Source: Marsupella aquatica
Taxonomy: Eukaryota; Plantae; Marchantiophyta
NCBI GenBank assembly: GCA_973895155.1
Contig: OZ316891.1
Coordinates: forward strand, 10,975,875-11,039,874
Direction: 5' to 3'
Length of the DNA: 64,000 bases
Position 1 is the first letter of the stretch. Every line of letters begins with the position of its first letter. Made by a program: the position numbers and the translations under genes. The notes below the pieces were generated by a model. The model searched no databases. It was given only the letters and a program-made list of their open reading frames with translations, and was not told where the DNA came from. This document shows positions 40,701 to 52,890 of the stretch, one piece after another.

Positions 40701-43489
40701 CTTAAAAACGTCGGCTGTGGTGGGTTCCAGGTATCGAATGATGGATGTGGAATCACATCCAATGTATATTCCTGCTTGCCGCTGAGGGCCCATTTTGGTT
40801 CGTTTGGGGCCCAGTATTGGTACCATTACTTGGCAGCCAAAGGTTCGAAGGTGAGTTATGTTGGGGATGGTGCCGAGTGCCAGAGTGTGTGGTGAGCTTG
40901 AGTTGTATGCTGACGGTCTGTAACTGAGTAGTGTGGCAGAGTGTAGGATGGCATGTCCCCATGCGGTTGTGGGGAGGTTGCTCTGCATCAGTATTGGTCT
41001 GGCAATTATTTGGAGGCGTTTTATCAACGATTCCGCTGTCCCGTTTTGGAAGTGGACGTGGGGGACGGGGTACTGTACGTCTATGCCTGTAGCAGTGCAA
41101 AAGTCTTCAAAGGTTTTGGAGGTAAATTCCCCTGCATTGTCCACTCTGATTGTCTGGATCTGGTTATCCGGGAATTGTGCTCTTAGTTTCAAGATGTGAG
41201 CCAGTAAGCGAGGGAAAACTAGATTTCTTGTGGATAGGAGTGAGATTTGGGACCATTTAGTTGAGGCATCTATTACTGCTAGGTAAAAGCGGAATGGGCC
41301 ACTAGGGGGGTCGATCGGTCCACATACATCTGCGTGGATCCGTTCCAGAAAGTTGGGGATTCTGGTTCCAGGTGGGGTTGGTGAGGGCCTTATTATCAGT
41401 TTACCTTGTGAACAGGCAAGGCATGGTCCGAGCATAGATGTGGGGTGTACTGTAGGCGGTATGCCCTTGGTCTGTTTAACGATTCTCTGGAACATGTTAA
41501 GGCCCGGGTGGCCAAGTCTCCTGTGCCAGATCTCTGTGATGGGGTTTTGTGGCTTTTGATTCTCTGGCTCGGTATGGAAGCTGTGTATGTTGGTAGTATA
41601 AAAGCCGGGGTGATGGGCTTTTAGTGTTTCCAGGATCCCATTGTTCTGTGGAGTCTTGGATGTGATATGTAGGACTTCGAGTTTGTTGGAAGTCCCAGTT
41701 TGGATATGCAGATCATTGGCTCTTATGTCTCCAACACTTAGGAGGTTCCTGGTGGCTTTGGGTGCGTATATGGCAGAGTGTATCTTTATCACTGTGCCTT
41801 GTGGTAATGTGACGGTTGCAGGTCCGTAGCCCTCCTCTAACTGATGTTGGCCCATTATGGTGGTGACCTTTCGCTGTGATGGGGTTATGTGGGTAAAGTA
41901 TTCCTTATTTTTCAGAATTGAATGTGAGGTCCCACTATCGACTATACATGAGTGAGGATTGTTTGGGTTCTTTGTGTGGTTCCTTATAATCATGTTGATC
42001 TCGGGAAGGATCTCAGCGGAGTCCATGAAAGTGCCATATGTTTCAGGTGCGTTTGTGTTCATGCTTTTCTTATAAAGGGCTACTAGATGTGAAGGTGCTC
42101 TGCAGTGTTTCTGAATGTGCCCTTTAGTTCCACAGCGAAAACAGAGAGGGGGGTTGGTGGTCATATCTCGTTGGTTGTGCTGGTCCTCGTTGAACTTCGT
42201 GCGATTCTGATTATTGTTCTCTCTCGTCCAGGTGTTCCACGAGCTCCTGCCGTTGTATCTCGATCTGCCTTGGCCGCGTCCTCGGTGGAAATTCCCTCTG
42301 CCGCCTCGTTGAAAGTTATTGCTTCGACCCCTATTCGGGCTGCGTCCCCTGGTGCCTGCGCGGCCTCGATAGTTTCTTGATTCTCCCCTCTGTGGTGTGG
42401 CGTAGTTGGTCTCGGGAGCTGATGTGGACGGGAGGGTCCCCGGTGGGCGTTTCTGCGAATTTTGTAGTAGTAGGAGCTGGTGCTTTTCAGCCAGCAGCAT
42501 ATGCGCAATTAGTTCGGAGTATTTGGTAAAGGCCATATTCCTGTATTGTGTAGAGAGGATAAGGTTTGAAGAATGAAGAGTTGACAGTGTTTTTTCGATC
42601 TGCTCTGCATCGTTTATTGGTTGGCCGCAGATGGCCAGTTGTGCGATGATCCTGAATAGCTCACTGTTATAATCTGCGACCGTCTTGTAGTCTTGGACGC
42701 GCAGATTGATCCAGTCGTGGCGAGCTGCGGGTAGGTAGATAGTTCGAATGTGATCGAAACGGGATTGTAGGTCATCCCATAGTAGCCGGGGATTGAATTC
42801 GTTCATGTATTGTTTCTTCAATGGCTCGCATAGATGGTGCCGAATTAGTATTAAGGCCTTCGCCTTTTGTGGGAGAGTAGTTCCCGCATCTGTAATGATC
42901 GTGTCTTGGAGTTCTTTTGCTGCGAGGTGGGCCTCAATATCTAGAGTCCAGGATAGGTAATTTGCGCCGTCTATACTCAGAGGTTGAAATAGGAGTTTCT
43001 CGATGGAGTTAGTGGGTACAGCCATCTTCTATCAATTGGTCAATTGATCCTGTGATAATAACAATATATCCGTTCGCACTTGACTGAGTGATGATGTGGG
43101 GCTATGTCCCTTCTTGAGTCGTTGTCTCTCAAGTTGAATTCCTGGGTCTGCCTCCGCTTCTTCTATTGTCAGCCCCCTCAAATCCCAATCCGTGGAATCG
43201 TGGTCAAATTATACCACTCCCGATCGATCTGCTGCCCGAAAAATTAGTTTCTATGGTGCTGAATCAATCGCCTTGGCATGAATGTCCCTCTGAAGCTTGT
43301 TTGAAAAAAAATTCTCGTTGCAGACATCGTGCTGATAACGTGTTGTAGCTCATCAACAACTAACTCCTTTATTCATTCCTCTTCCAATACATATAGTCCC
43401 TTAGGCAGGTAGGGTAGTTAGGCGGTTAGTCTTAACCAACTGTGGTAGGTCTAACCTTAGTTAGGCTAGAGTTAACTCGGGTTACAACA
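37728..43489 (-). mobile_element. Full-length Ty1/copia LTR retrotransposon, Bianca-like, recent insertion
   Basis: Two 149-bp TG...CA LTRs (37728-37876, 43341-43489) identical by eye; 5-bp TSD TTTTG; PBS cgttatcagcacga (43340-43327); PPT aagggggag next to the left LTR. Confidence 0.97.
38415..43025 (-). CDS. Copia gag-pol polyprotein (gag, zinc knuckle, protease, integrase, RT, RNase H), 1536 aa, intact
   Basis: CFRCGTKGHIQKHC knuckle, IVDSGT protease, WHRRLGHP...CLAC, DVCGP/RVDNAGEF/NGTAE integrase, YGLKQSG and YVDD RT, GYADAGY RNase H; integrase precedes RT. Confidence 0.97.
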   Translation of the reverse strand: MAVPTNSIEKLLFQPLSIDGANYLSWTLDIEAHLAAKELQDTIITDAGTTLPQKAKALILIRHHLCEPLKKQYMNEFNPRLLWDDLQSRFDHIRTIYLPAARHDWINLRVQDYKTVADYNSELFRIIAQLAICGQPINDAEQIEKTLSTLHSSNLILSTQYRNMAFTKYSELIAHMLLAEKHQLLLLQNSQKRPPGTLPSTSAPETNYATPQRGESRNYRGRAGTRGRSPNRGRSNNFQRGGRGNFHRGRGQGRSRYNGRSSWNTWTRENNNQNRTKFNEDQHNQRDMTTNPPLCFRCGTKGHIQKHCRAPSHLVALYKKSMNTNAPETYGTFMDSAEILPEINMIIRNHTKNPNNPHSCIVDSGTSHSILKNKEYFTHITPSQRKVTTIMGQHQLEEGYGPATVTLPQGTVIKIHSAIYAPKATRNLLSVGDIRANDLHIQTGTSNKLEVLHITSKTPQNNGILETLKAHHPGFYTTNIHSFHTEPENQKPQNPITEIWHRRLGHPGLNMFQRIVKQTKGIPPTVHPTSMLGPCLACSQGKLIIRPSPTPPGTRIPNFLERIHADVCGPIDPPSGPFRFYLAVIDASTKWSQISLLSTRNLVFPRLLAHILKLRAQFPDNQIQTIRVDNAGEFTSKTFEDFCTATGIDVQYPVPHVHFQNGTAESLIKRLQIIARPILMQSNLPTTAWGHAILHSATLLSYRPSAYNSSSPHTLALGTIPNITHLRTFGCQVMVPILGPKRTKMGPQRQAGIYIGCDSTSIIRYLEPTTADVFKARFSDCHFYETTFPKLQTRQETDSDKSLTWQIQSAFWQDPRTSQSDTEVKRILHLTNLIEHLPDSFADAAKITRSHIPAANTPSRIQMDIQPATVTSPRAKRGRPLGATDKQPRQRKAAPPRAPSPHSELPTPQTTTPEDNDEIAINYGSTGHIWDRTHTTIDDKFAFHISQQIDEDSHDPKTIREAQTHSDWPEWEKAINLELDSLISRHVFGPITPAAPGIHLTGCRWTFVKKRNAQGEVVRHKARLVAKGFTQIPGRDYDLTYSPVMDAITYRYLITFSQYHNLSMHQLDIVTAYLYGHLDTVIHMEAPPELIQRVEHHCQGEQTPMRLDHTEKSKFDHTNEAVLHTIAKSIALKASSKQMLTKQTRFAVQVLRSMYGLKQSGLTWYKRFKSEMLTMGFKNSDITPCIFLKQEGREVIIIAIYVDDLNLFGTSRIMLETIQLLKKAFEVRDLGQTTFCLGLQFEHLPNGILLHQSTYTRKILKQFNMHQSKPVKSPMDIRSLDMDKDIFRKRNENEPLLGSDKPYLSAIGVLMFLANQTRPDLAFSVNLLARHSATPTIRHWNGIKRIFRYLRGTTDLGLFYPKHDTYLLTGYADAGYLSDPADAKSQTGYVFLMGNTAISWRSNKQTLTTTSSNHSEIIALYEASRECIWLRNVINHIHENTGIPRLTTPTQLYEDNRPCVDQIQAGFIKGDRTKHIAPKFFFTHEQQNKSIAVQWISSESNSADMFTKALPPNLHNRHTHSIGMRSLSQLQTGSNQ

Positions 43490-43824
43490 TTTTGTGATTT
43501 TTTGTTTGTTTGTATGAATGCATTAAATTCCAGTAAAGACTTTTAAAATGATTTTTCTCTTTGTATTTTTGAGTGCATTAATTTCCCATTGAGACTCTCC
43601 TTTTGAGGAGTGCATTATGTGAAGTATCACAAAAATAGGAAAAGTAAAACCCAAATATAGTGTTACCAAATACAATAAAATAATAACTTGTATCAAAATC
43701 ACAAGATTTATTTTTAACTTCTTTCATGCCTTTGGCCAATTGCAGGCCCTTTTGCTTAGATTCTATTCAGAGATTCACTGTTTCTTGTTTGTTACCCAAA
43801 AATCACTCAAGTTTTTACACACAT

Positions 43825-43938
43825 TAATGTCCTAGTTACTGGCATTATGAGAATAATGCTCTCAAAACTTGGGCTGCCGCCCTCATTTTTCAGGGCATTA
43901 TATCTCATAATGCCCTCTAGCAAGGACATTATCCTATA
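43825..43938. repeat. Hairpin repeat of the same family as 4510-4612 and 10324-10436
   Basis: taatgtcct...ggcattatgaga / tctcataatgcc...aggacatta arms, gggctgccgccctc loop, followed by tcctata. Confidence 0.65.
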
Positions 43939-44812
43939 ATTTGAACTACATTAGTTGGAGAGCTTGTCCTAAAAACAACAACTACTTGTGGTCCGGATTC
44001 TGCTCATGTATATATCCCCTAATATGGATTCAGTGCAAAACATTTCATTTCCCACAGAATCAGCTTCAGTGCCAAACATTTTATTCCCCACATAATCAAA
44101 AGTTGTAATAAGAGGTCCCCCACTTTTTAGAGTGGGCTTCTTACAAACTTTTGTGTTTTCAGTGCCAAAGAGGATAGGGAAACAAATATGGGATGAGAAA
44201 ATATGGAGATATATGCTTTATGGGCCCTCAGGTGAAACTTTCTTACCTGATAGGCCCCTATGAAACTTTTGTTCCTAATAGGTCCCTACAAAACATGTTT
44301 TACCTAATAAGGCCCCTCTTATGAGCAGTACTCGCTGTTCTTGTGAGGTGCCAAACTTTGTAGTTGACCACAACAGGGTTCTAAATAGGGTGGGGGCACG
44401 TTTTAGCCATGAAGATATATTGCATTATGTATTCGTGTGTTGTGAGGGGTTTCATTGGGGTTGTCGTTGCTACCTGACAATCGTCGCTCTTTGATTCTTT
44501 GTGTTACAGGAGGGAAGCGCTCAGGTTTTCTCGATGCTCAGGTTTTGTCTATACCTTCAGGTTCTTGATTGAAGCCCTGGCAGTGCCTAGTGCCTAGTCA
44601 CAGAAACGAGTGCCCAATGGCCAGTGACAAAAAAAAGTGCTAGTGGAAGTACTAGGATCATGACGACCGCATATGTCCTCCGGACTGATAGTCGCAGATA
44701 AAAAATTTGAGAAAACCCTATGTGGAGCACATGAAAGTAAGCCCTATGACTTGCCACTAAAATCCCTGGCCAGTGTCCTTTTCTACATTAGCACTACGTA
44801 CCCCAACTTAGC

Positions 44813-45247
44813 TGTAGAGGTTAACTCAGTCTTGGGTTGAACTATGGTTAGTATGTTAACTAGGGTTAGAGTAAACCCTAGTTGAAGAGTTGGTCTTTAT
44901 CTCTTCAACTTCTATGTGGTGTGAGAACACACAAGATAGTTCTCAAGAGAGAACCAGGGGATATAGCAAGAGATGAAAGCTTGAAGAGATGAGAGCTATG
45001 GTGATGCTTGAGTAGACACATAACCGTTAATAAAGCTTGGTCTTCCCGTGGACGTAGCCAACCTTGAGGCGAACCACGTAACTATTGAGCACGTGTATGT
45101 TTGGAGTGTTTTTCCTGATCTGATTTCTCCCCACAATTGGTATCAGAGCCAGGTTTTTTCAGTCGATTAGGAACTCCATAGAACTTGCTTCAAGCAAAGC
45201 GAACAGCGGATGATTTCCTCTTCGAAGCGGAACTATTGAAAGAAGAT
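44813..45247 (+). mobile_element. 5' LTR (44813-45135), PBS and leader of a second, probably copia-type, LTR retrotransposon, interrupted by the DNA transposon at 45248
   Basis: TGTAGAG...CCCCACA ends; tRNA-iMet PBS tggtatcagagcc at 45138-45150; internal cccgtggacgtag...cgaaccacgtaa motif typical of plant copia LTRs. Confidence 0.85.
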
Positions 45248-45619
45248 CTCGGGGGGGTCACTTCCGTGGAAGTGCCACATCACGTGCGACGAAGTATAGG
45301 GCCATTTAATTGGGTTCGGCGGAAGACTTCCGAAGTTTCATGGAAGAACAATAGGGTCCATTTTAATTTTTGGGCCGCTTTAAAGAACAATAGGTATTTA
45401 TTAAATGGGACATGTTCCACGGAAGATGTCCATGAAAGTTAGGGTTGCTTGCAATAGTTCTACATGGGACACACGGCCGGGCACACGGCATGTTGTGATT
45501 GGTCCAAGTGTCATAATATAATTGGTACACGTGTAGGGTACTATAGTCAAAATTGAGTTTGGGGTTTTGGGGTTTGGGGTTTTGGGGTCACTAGTAGAAA
45601 CTGGGGGGTATTTAGACCC

Positions 45620-45950
45620 CATTAAACGACTATGTAGTACCGTATAGGACTCGGAAACGACTGGGAAGGACTCCAGTCCTTTATAGGACTGTGAGTCATA
45701 TGTTTTGTTACTATAATCAACTGAGTCCTTTATAGAACTGGTTCACGAGTCGTTTAATAGACTGGATTTTCAGTCTATTGTAGTCTTTGTTTGGGTAGCT
45801 TTGGTGAGTCATTTTCAGTCTTTTAAGGGGTGTGATGGCGAGTTGTTGGGAAGGACTAAACAGGTTATGGAGGGTAGTCTTTAAGTTTACTTTGTGGGTC
45901 TATAAAATGACTAAAGGAGATATTTAGTGGGGTATGTATAAGTCTTTTAT
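45620..45950. repeat. Subterminal array of GACT/AGTC motifs
   Basis: More than 15 copies by eye in ~330 bp, both orientations. Confidence 0.7.
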
Positions 45951-46338
45951 GTCAACTTGAAATGAGTGATGAAGACCCCACTATACTACTTGGAATGTGC
46001 ACAAATAAGACATTCCATTCATGTTTTTTTGTGTACTGTAAATGAACTCACTCTATAAGGTCACAAAGCATGAAACTACCATACACACTAATATTGAAAT
46101 GATACAAAACAGATTCTAGTATCATCCAATGGTCACCTTACAGCCATAGTTTGACATCAATCACTTGTTTCATACATACACACAGAATTCATAAATATAT
46201 ACATGTCACACATAATGATAACGAATCCTTCATCCTCTTTACCAAATGGAAAAATTGGTACAGATATTTCTTGGATCTTTCCAAGGCAATGTCAAAATGT
46301 AACACAATTCACATGGTTCTATCTACACTTGCATTCAG

Positions 46339-49300
46339 TCACTGCAGACTAACACACTCTGATGGCCAGAGCACAAGAGATCCTACTGCATCTGCAATTA
46401 TTTCCTGAGGTGGATCATCATCTCTATTCGGAAATGGCAAATTACAATCAGATACAATCACTATAGTCAACAACACTACTATATGGTCATCGGGGACCAC
46501 TTTGCCATGGAATTTAGCATGATCCGGTCACAAAATGCCTGTACCCACACATACCTGTGAGTCATCCTCCCATGATTGAAGATTATGGACTGGCTCTGCT
46601 ATGGCTATCACCTCCACCTTACCCTAGCTGTTTTTCTTGGCTTTCCTGGGTGGCTTATACATGACATTATTCATACCTTGGTTGCGAGTCATGACTTTGG
46701 CACGAGTGTTTTGTGCTGGTGATCGAGAATTGGCTACACTCTTCTTCAAAGAATCTGCATCCATATTTGACACTTTCGATTGTGTAGCAGGATTTCCTTG
46801 CGACATCATCTCAGTATATGCCAACATTGTACTTGCTTCAATTGAAGCATCTACAATCTTACTTGCATCCAATGTTGCTCCCAAATTTTGACGTCGCTTC
46901 ACCCTGCTCCCACTTGGTTGAGAGTCTGACAACTCTGCATCAACTACAATTCAGTGTCATTGTCCAACTTAAGTGAATCACTCATCACATGTGCTACATG
47001 TACATGTCACCAACCACAAAGTTGTCACTATCTCCTTACCATTATGAACAGCCTTCTTCCCCTTCTTTGCCATTGCCATATCCTCCATGTCTGCTTCTGC
47101 TGATAAATAAACACACCACAATATTCAGGTTGAATCTATTAACCATTGAATTGTCTCTCAACATTCATATAGAGGAATTTAAAGCATCAGCTTACCTGAT
47201 ACCTCCTTGGCTATGGTCACTGAGGCACTGGGCACATCCTTTTCATTATTGCTCTTTGAGTCACCTGAAGCAAGTTAATCATGATGTCACTTCAGATCCC
47301 AGTTGATCCAACCAGTTCTTATAGAAAAGATTACCTCCAATCGGCTTAAGCTTCACAAAACTCCATGCACTTTTCAAATGTAATCTACTGGATCATAGCA
47401 GGTTACCTGTCTCAGCAACCTTCTTGCCCTTCTGCTTACTGATTACAGGGCCCTTCGATGCCTCCACTCTTCCTGCATTCAAACCATTCACTCAATTCAT
47501 GAAAACCCACTTCTAATATTTGAACATAGGACACAATGAACAATGGGCCGGTGTCATTTCCATACCTGTGTCAGATTTGCCAATTCCCTTTTTTGTTAAC
47601 AAGGGCACACTTTGTACAAGGTTGCCCTCATTGTTTGGCTGGGAACCACCCAATTTCTCAATCACAAGCTTGAAATTAGATTCCACTGATGCAAGTAGGT
47701 TTGCTATAGATGCCTCCAAAATATCCAAACGATCACCCAATTTACTTTCCACTCGAGGAAGTCCACACTCTAATGACTTCAACCGTTCACACATCTCTGC
47801 AAGAGTTGTAACAGTTCCCTGTAATCACACAGCTTACATATCTCAGATAACTGTCCCCAAGAACTGGTTGCTTACTTCCTACTACATTTCCTTCTGATGC
47901 TATCGAACATCACAGAATTACAACATAATCACCTGTTTGGAAGTCACACTTGTGACCTCACTCCTTTGTTTCATGAACTCCTCTCTCACTTCTTGTGCTG
48001 ATGGTTCTTCACCTGTCAATTTCTTCTGTATGCCACATCAACATACATATGAATTAAAGCAACTGTTGATTGTCAATGAAAATGCAATAATAGTAGCAAG
48101 ATGATTAGTGATAGGCTACGCTTACTATCAGACATGCCTTACCAGTTGTTCTTTCACTGGAGCATAACTTCCTCTCCCAGCTTGTGAAAGGTGTTTCACT
48201 TTGCCTCGAGCATTTGACATCAGTTCACTCTTGCTCTGCCCAGCCTCTGACATGAACCCTTTGATTAACCGTGTCCATTGATCCAGTTCCAATGATTGGG
48301 GTGCTGGCATTCTCCTGTTAGAACCATTGTCTATCCACATCCTTTTCAACCTATGTCTCTCTTGTTTCAAAATCCTCATTGCATAATCTGATATGCATTC
48401 TTCAACTGGGCCCTTACCATCATTACCAACATACTCCCACCGTTCAAGAATGTCCTTGCAAATAGCAGCCCAATCGGCTTTGTTCTGACTCCTAAACTCT
48501 GTAATGCTCAAATCTAACCAGCTCAATACTTCTCCTCTCAAGTCAGAATGCCAGCGGTTCTTACCATCACCTGTGGGAGTTATCCAACCATCGGAATTCA
48601 CTTCTACTTTACCAAATTTGTTACTGTCTCCTGCCTTGGTACTCCCTGAAGCGCTACTAGGTGTCCCTCCACGGCCTGGTGTCCCCCCACGGCTTGGGCC
48701 CCCACGGCCTGCACCACGGCCTGGAGCGCATTGTGCAAACCTCCCTGGAGTCCCTGCACATTTACGGGAACCATTTTTTAAGTATGAAGCATAAATTTTG
48801 CTGCCAAATATACACTGAACTTCAGAGGAATTTTGCAATGACCAAGTTACCTCTCCCTGGGCGCATAGATGGTTCTGGACCATCTGTCCAATTGCCTTGT
48901 CTTGATGAATTAGGGCCGTTTCTCCTGCCTGTGAATGATTGCCTCCTATCTGAACGTGGATGGCCTTTGTTGTTTTCGTGATTGTCCCAATGAGAGTCTG
49001 CATTCACCAACAGGCACATGCCACACTCATGGACCGGTTAGATACACTCTTTGCCCTAGACATCAGATAATTCCATATTGAGCTACAATTTCTACTACCA
49101 TCACAAAATCACTAGCACAAAGCACTTACTTGTCCAATTATCCTCCTGATCTTTCCATTGCCCTCTGTACCCATCTCTACCACGCTCTGGGCATTCATAT
49201 TCACCCCATCCATCTTCTGCTCCATCGTAGTCATCATCATAATCATCAGGCGTCCCTTGCCAATAACTCTGGCTCCTTCTAGGGTATGGATTACGTGATT

Positions 49301-49900
49301 TCTCTCTGGCTGCCCACCTACCTGGCACTTGATCAGGGCCCTGTGCATCTTGCACAGGTGCATTTTTCTGTGAGCCCCCTACATCTGGATGTCCATCCAT
49401 ATCCAATCTTTCCTCTTCACCCCACTCTCCAAGCCCCATGTCTGTCTCCATGTCTTCACCCTCTTCCCCCATAGTTTCTGCACAGCATCCACAACCAAAC
49501 CCAGGCTAAATGAGCACACTAAATTCAAAGTATCAATCAATTTCATGCATATGGACATGACCAAAACATCATTTTGGGAAGCAATTCCCGTTCTGTGACT
49601 CTGTGCATGTAGTCATCCTTAACCTCATCAAAGTGAATCTTCAGCCGCTGCCTATTGCACATCATCAACCTCATCATATTGCATCTCCCCAGGTTCATAT
49701 GTCTCTCTCAATGTTAAAGGGATGTAGTCAGTCCCTACCCGAGTAACAACATTGGAATTAAGGGCTCAGAGAATTAAAACTGCGTCTTAAAGGTACTAGA
49801 CAGACAGTAACAGTGAGGAAGGAAGCTGAGGTTTCGCAGGCATTCACTGTCTATTACATGAAGCGGGCCAAGGACATTGTCTACAGGTTTAGCGCATGCA
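46339..49900 (-). pseudogene. CACTA TnpA-like gene copy 1 (Ptta/En/Spm-like helical domain plus C-terminal Tnp1/DUF8039-like domain), multi-exon, with premature stops; 5' boundary approximate
   Basis: 48128-48570 KNRWHSDLRGEVLSWLD...LKQERHRLKRMW...QWTRLIKGF...SELMSNARGKV; 46339-46620 FHGKVVPDDHIVVLLTIVIVSDCNLPFPNRDDDPPQEIIADAVGSLVLWP; in-frame stops at 46528-46530 and 46624-46626. Confidence 0.75.
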
Positions 49901-50419
49901 ATAGGGGTTTTAGGAGCTAAGGAGGCAATGGAGTTCAAGAGCAACATTGTGGGTGCATTGGAGGCCGTGAGGGGAATGAAAGAATGTTGACGAGTTACAA
50001 GATCGATGGAGCTTATAGATGGCTAAATAATGACCACCAGGAGGCCACATAACCTTATAACCACATGCAAGTGACAATATAGCAAGGCAGGGAAGAACAG
50101 GCAAAAACATGATAGAAAAAACAATTAAGCATGCAATTGAAAATGCAAGCACGTAGGACATTCATAAGAGAATTTCAAGTGCAATTCCGGATTGCCGAGC
50201 TGCAAGCTCCAAAATACCTACAAGATTGCAGGCGTCAGGTTTTCCACTCCTGCTCTTCCACGACCAGCTTCCAATTGCTCAAGTGCTGTCCAATCGCAAT
50301 CTAGAGGAATACCTTTGGCAGGCCTTTCGAGAGACTTCACACTTCAAGCCTTTCGAGTATTTACAACGCACCATGGCAACCAGATTGACAACACATGAAA
50401 AACAGCCAAGACAAGGAGA

Positions 50420-51047
50420 GAAGTACTTGCAAGATATCACAACTACCAATAGAGCGTAGTGACAGGCAGACAACAACTTTGAATACTGGCATTTATTTTT
50501 AATGGGACCTGTTGGCAACTCAAGTTCATACGATAATTTTGGGACAACTTCACTCGGATCCCTATCGTACTGCATACCTTAGAGGTCTACAACAATCAAA
50601 GTTGTGATCTTTTTTTTATAATTTTTTGGGTTTTTTTGTGACTCTTGTTGTCTGTCTCGAGCAGGCACAACCAAGGGTTGGAGTGACGTACGGGAAGGTC
50701 TCCTGCAGTTTCACGAGACACCCTCCACTTAGCGGTTTACTTCTCGTCTCCCCAATCCCATCATAACCGAAGCTTGAATTACAAACAGTGAATAGTTCCC
50801 TCAGAAGACGCAAATCTTGGTTATTGTCAACTCCATTATCATCCTCTGGAGAAAACCGAGATTTCATCAGCATGGCCCTGAGGGTCTTCTTAGATGCATG
50901 AGAGTATGAGCGATCATAAGACCATGTCTGTTCGTAGGTCCAGAACTGGAACAATACGAGGCAGATTACACCGAAGATTACCCAAACAAGAAAACTCCAC
51001 CCTCTGGCGCTTGAGCGCCCTCCTCCAGCTACCTTTTGCACGGCCAT
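50420..51047 (-). pseudogene. Probable captured host gene fragment, type II membrane protein N-terminus
   Basis: MAVQKVAGGGRSSARGWSFLVWVIFGVICLVLFQFWTYEQ: short basic tail, one TM helix, then stem; frame disrupted in A-runs near 50610-50640. Confidence 0.45.
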
Positions 51048-52390
51048 GCTTTACTTCAAAAGTAAGAACCGAAGGAAGGAGCTTGTCTTTGACAACGCTC
51101 AACTTTTCGTGAGACCTGTCAATGTCTCGCAGTGCCACAGCTCTCTTCCGACTTCATTGACATCAAGAAGAGAGGAAACCTTGAAGAGGCTTGATCCTTG
51201 ATCAGGAATCGACCGAATTATTTCCAGCTGACGTAAATGCAGACACGTCGAACAAAAAAGTGTCTTCAACAGCTCCAGCAGCCCTATCAAGCAAAATCCA
51301 AGCAAAGATCCCCGATTCAAGACGTCATAAATCAGGCCATCTGCTCGCCCCTACATCAGAAACCAGGAGAGTGTCACTTCCAAATAACCATCCTCAGTAA
51401 TGATCAATCGAGAGACCTCCAATTTGTCAATTCATCTGCAGGGCTGGACCTCAGAATTTTAGACCGCGGGTTTCAAGTGACGAATTGATAAGGTTTCTGC
51501 CTTAAATAAAAAGGTCGCCCAATCAACCCGGAAACAAGCATGCCGGGTAGCTCTCTCTTGTCCCTCGCGGTGAATATTAATAATCCAGACGTGAAGCAGA
51601 AAACATATTTTGAGCAACTCTTCATCCATAGCCCCTCATCACCTCACTTCCCTCGTGCCTGCCCTCCTTTCAGTTGCCACAGACTCTCAGCGGAACCATA
51701 GGCGGGGAATTCGATCCTCATCATCAACTTCCCTCCCAGCAAGTCCTCTACCTGCTCAAGGAAAACGATAAAACGCTCCCATCCTCACAAAGGAAAGAAA
51801 AGCACCATTTGCAAAGGACAGAGAGTCAGGATGGTGATCGGCGGGCAGATCGTGTCTAATGCGCACAGAATTACACACAGTCGAGGAGCTGCCACAAGTT
51901 CTCGCCCTCCTCGCTCCCATGAAAAGTCTTCCATTGTCAACACTTCGCCGTAGTACAGGATGAGCTGCTACTGCTCCATTCGATTACCGTGAGCAAGAAA
52001 GGGAAACAAAATCGGAATGATGCCAAAAACCTTTAGTGCATCGCAGCAGGACGGGATGCCCGCACGAGAGAGATCATTTCATCTTTCGCTCGACATCGTG
52101 CTGGTCCCGTGGCAGTCGTCCTTCGAAGATGACCATTACTGTGCGCGCCGCCGTCCTTCCATGGAAATTGGAATTTGGAAGTTGGAGATCGTGGCATGAG
52201 GATTGACGAGATTTCGGTAGTGATGGCCATGCGAGGATTTGCACAAGCGAATGCTCTCATTGAAGTGACACCAAAAGACCCAACTCGATGAAACGCAACG
52301 AAGACTCTTTCTTTCTTTCTTTCTGCTGCTGTGAATTTCTTCCGACGCTCGATTCTTCATGAATCAGTTCCCTATCGAATCATGGGCACT

Positions 52391-52890
52391 ATGCCGAGCA
52401 CTACGCAAGAGACTGGGATAGACACTGCAAACATGGGGACTTTTGTTTGGCAAGAAATCTGGACATCAAACCTTCAGCAGCGGCAACGGGAAGCATTACA
52501 TCAGACGAGTGGACATCAAATGAGCAGTCCGGTTATAGGCAAACGGCGACTGACATAGCGGAGGGAAAAAATATGCATTGACATAGCAGACATGCGCGCA
52601 TTGACATAGCGGAGGGGAGCAAAACTACATAAGCCAACTGACCTTTTTAAGGCCCACAATTTCAAGGGGAGGGACAAAGAGAGCAAGCACTCCAATCTCT
52701 TCAATCCCTTCCGCAAGTAGCCGCCGAAATCTACTTCTTGGGGTCCAGCCCACGGATGGAGATCATGCAAGGTGGTCAATCACAGTAAGTGCAATCAAAT
52801 GCCGAGCATTGCGCAAGAGACTGGGATAGAGACTGCAAACATGGGGACTCACAGGCAAGAAATCTGGACATCAAACCTTCAGCAGCGGTC
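52391..52890. repeat. ~92-bp dispersed duplication (52391-52482 and 52799-52888)
   Basis: atgccgagca...gagactgggataga...tgcaaacatggggact...ggcaagaaatctggacatcaaaccttcagcagcgg twice. Confidence 0.85.

Noticed and set aside
38459-42508. Many short alternative-frame and antisense ORFs within the copia element
   Set aside because: Shadows of the long gag-pol ORF
45557-45590. Telomere-like ttttgggg repeats
   Set aside because: Only four irregular units, not TTTAGGG; part of the transposon subterminal region
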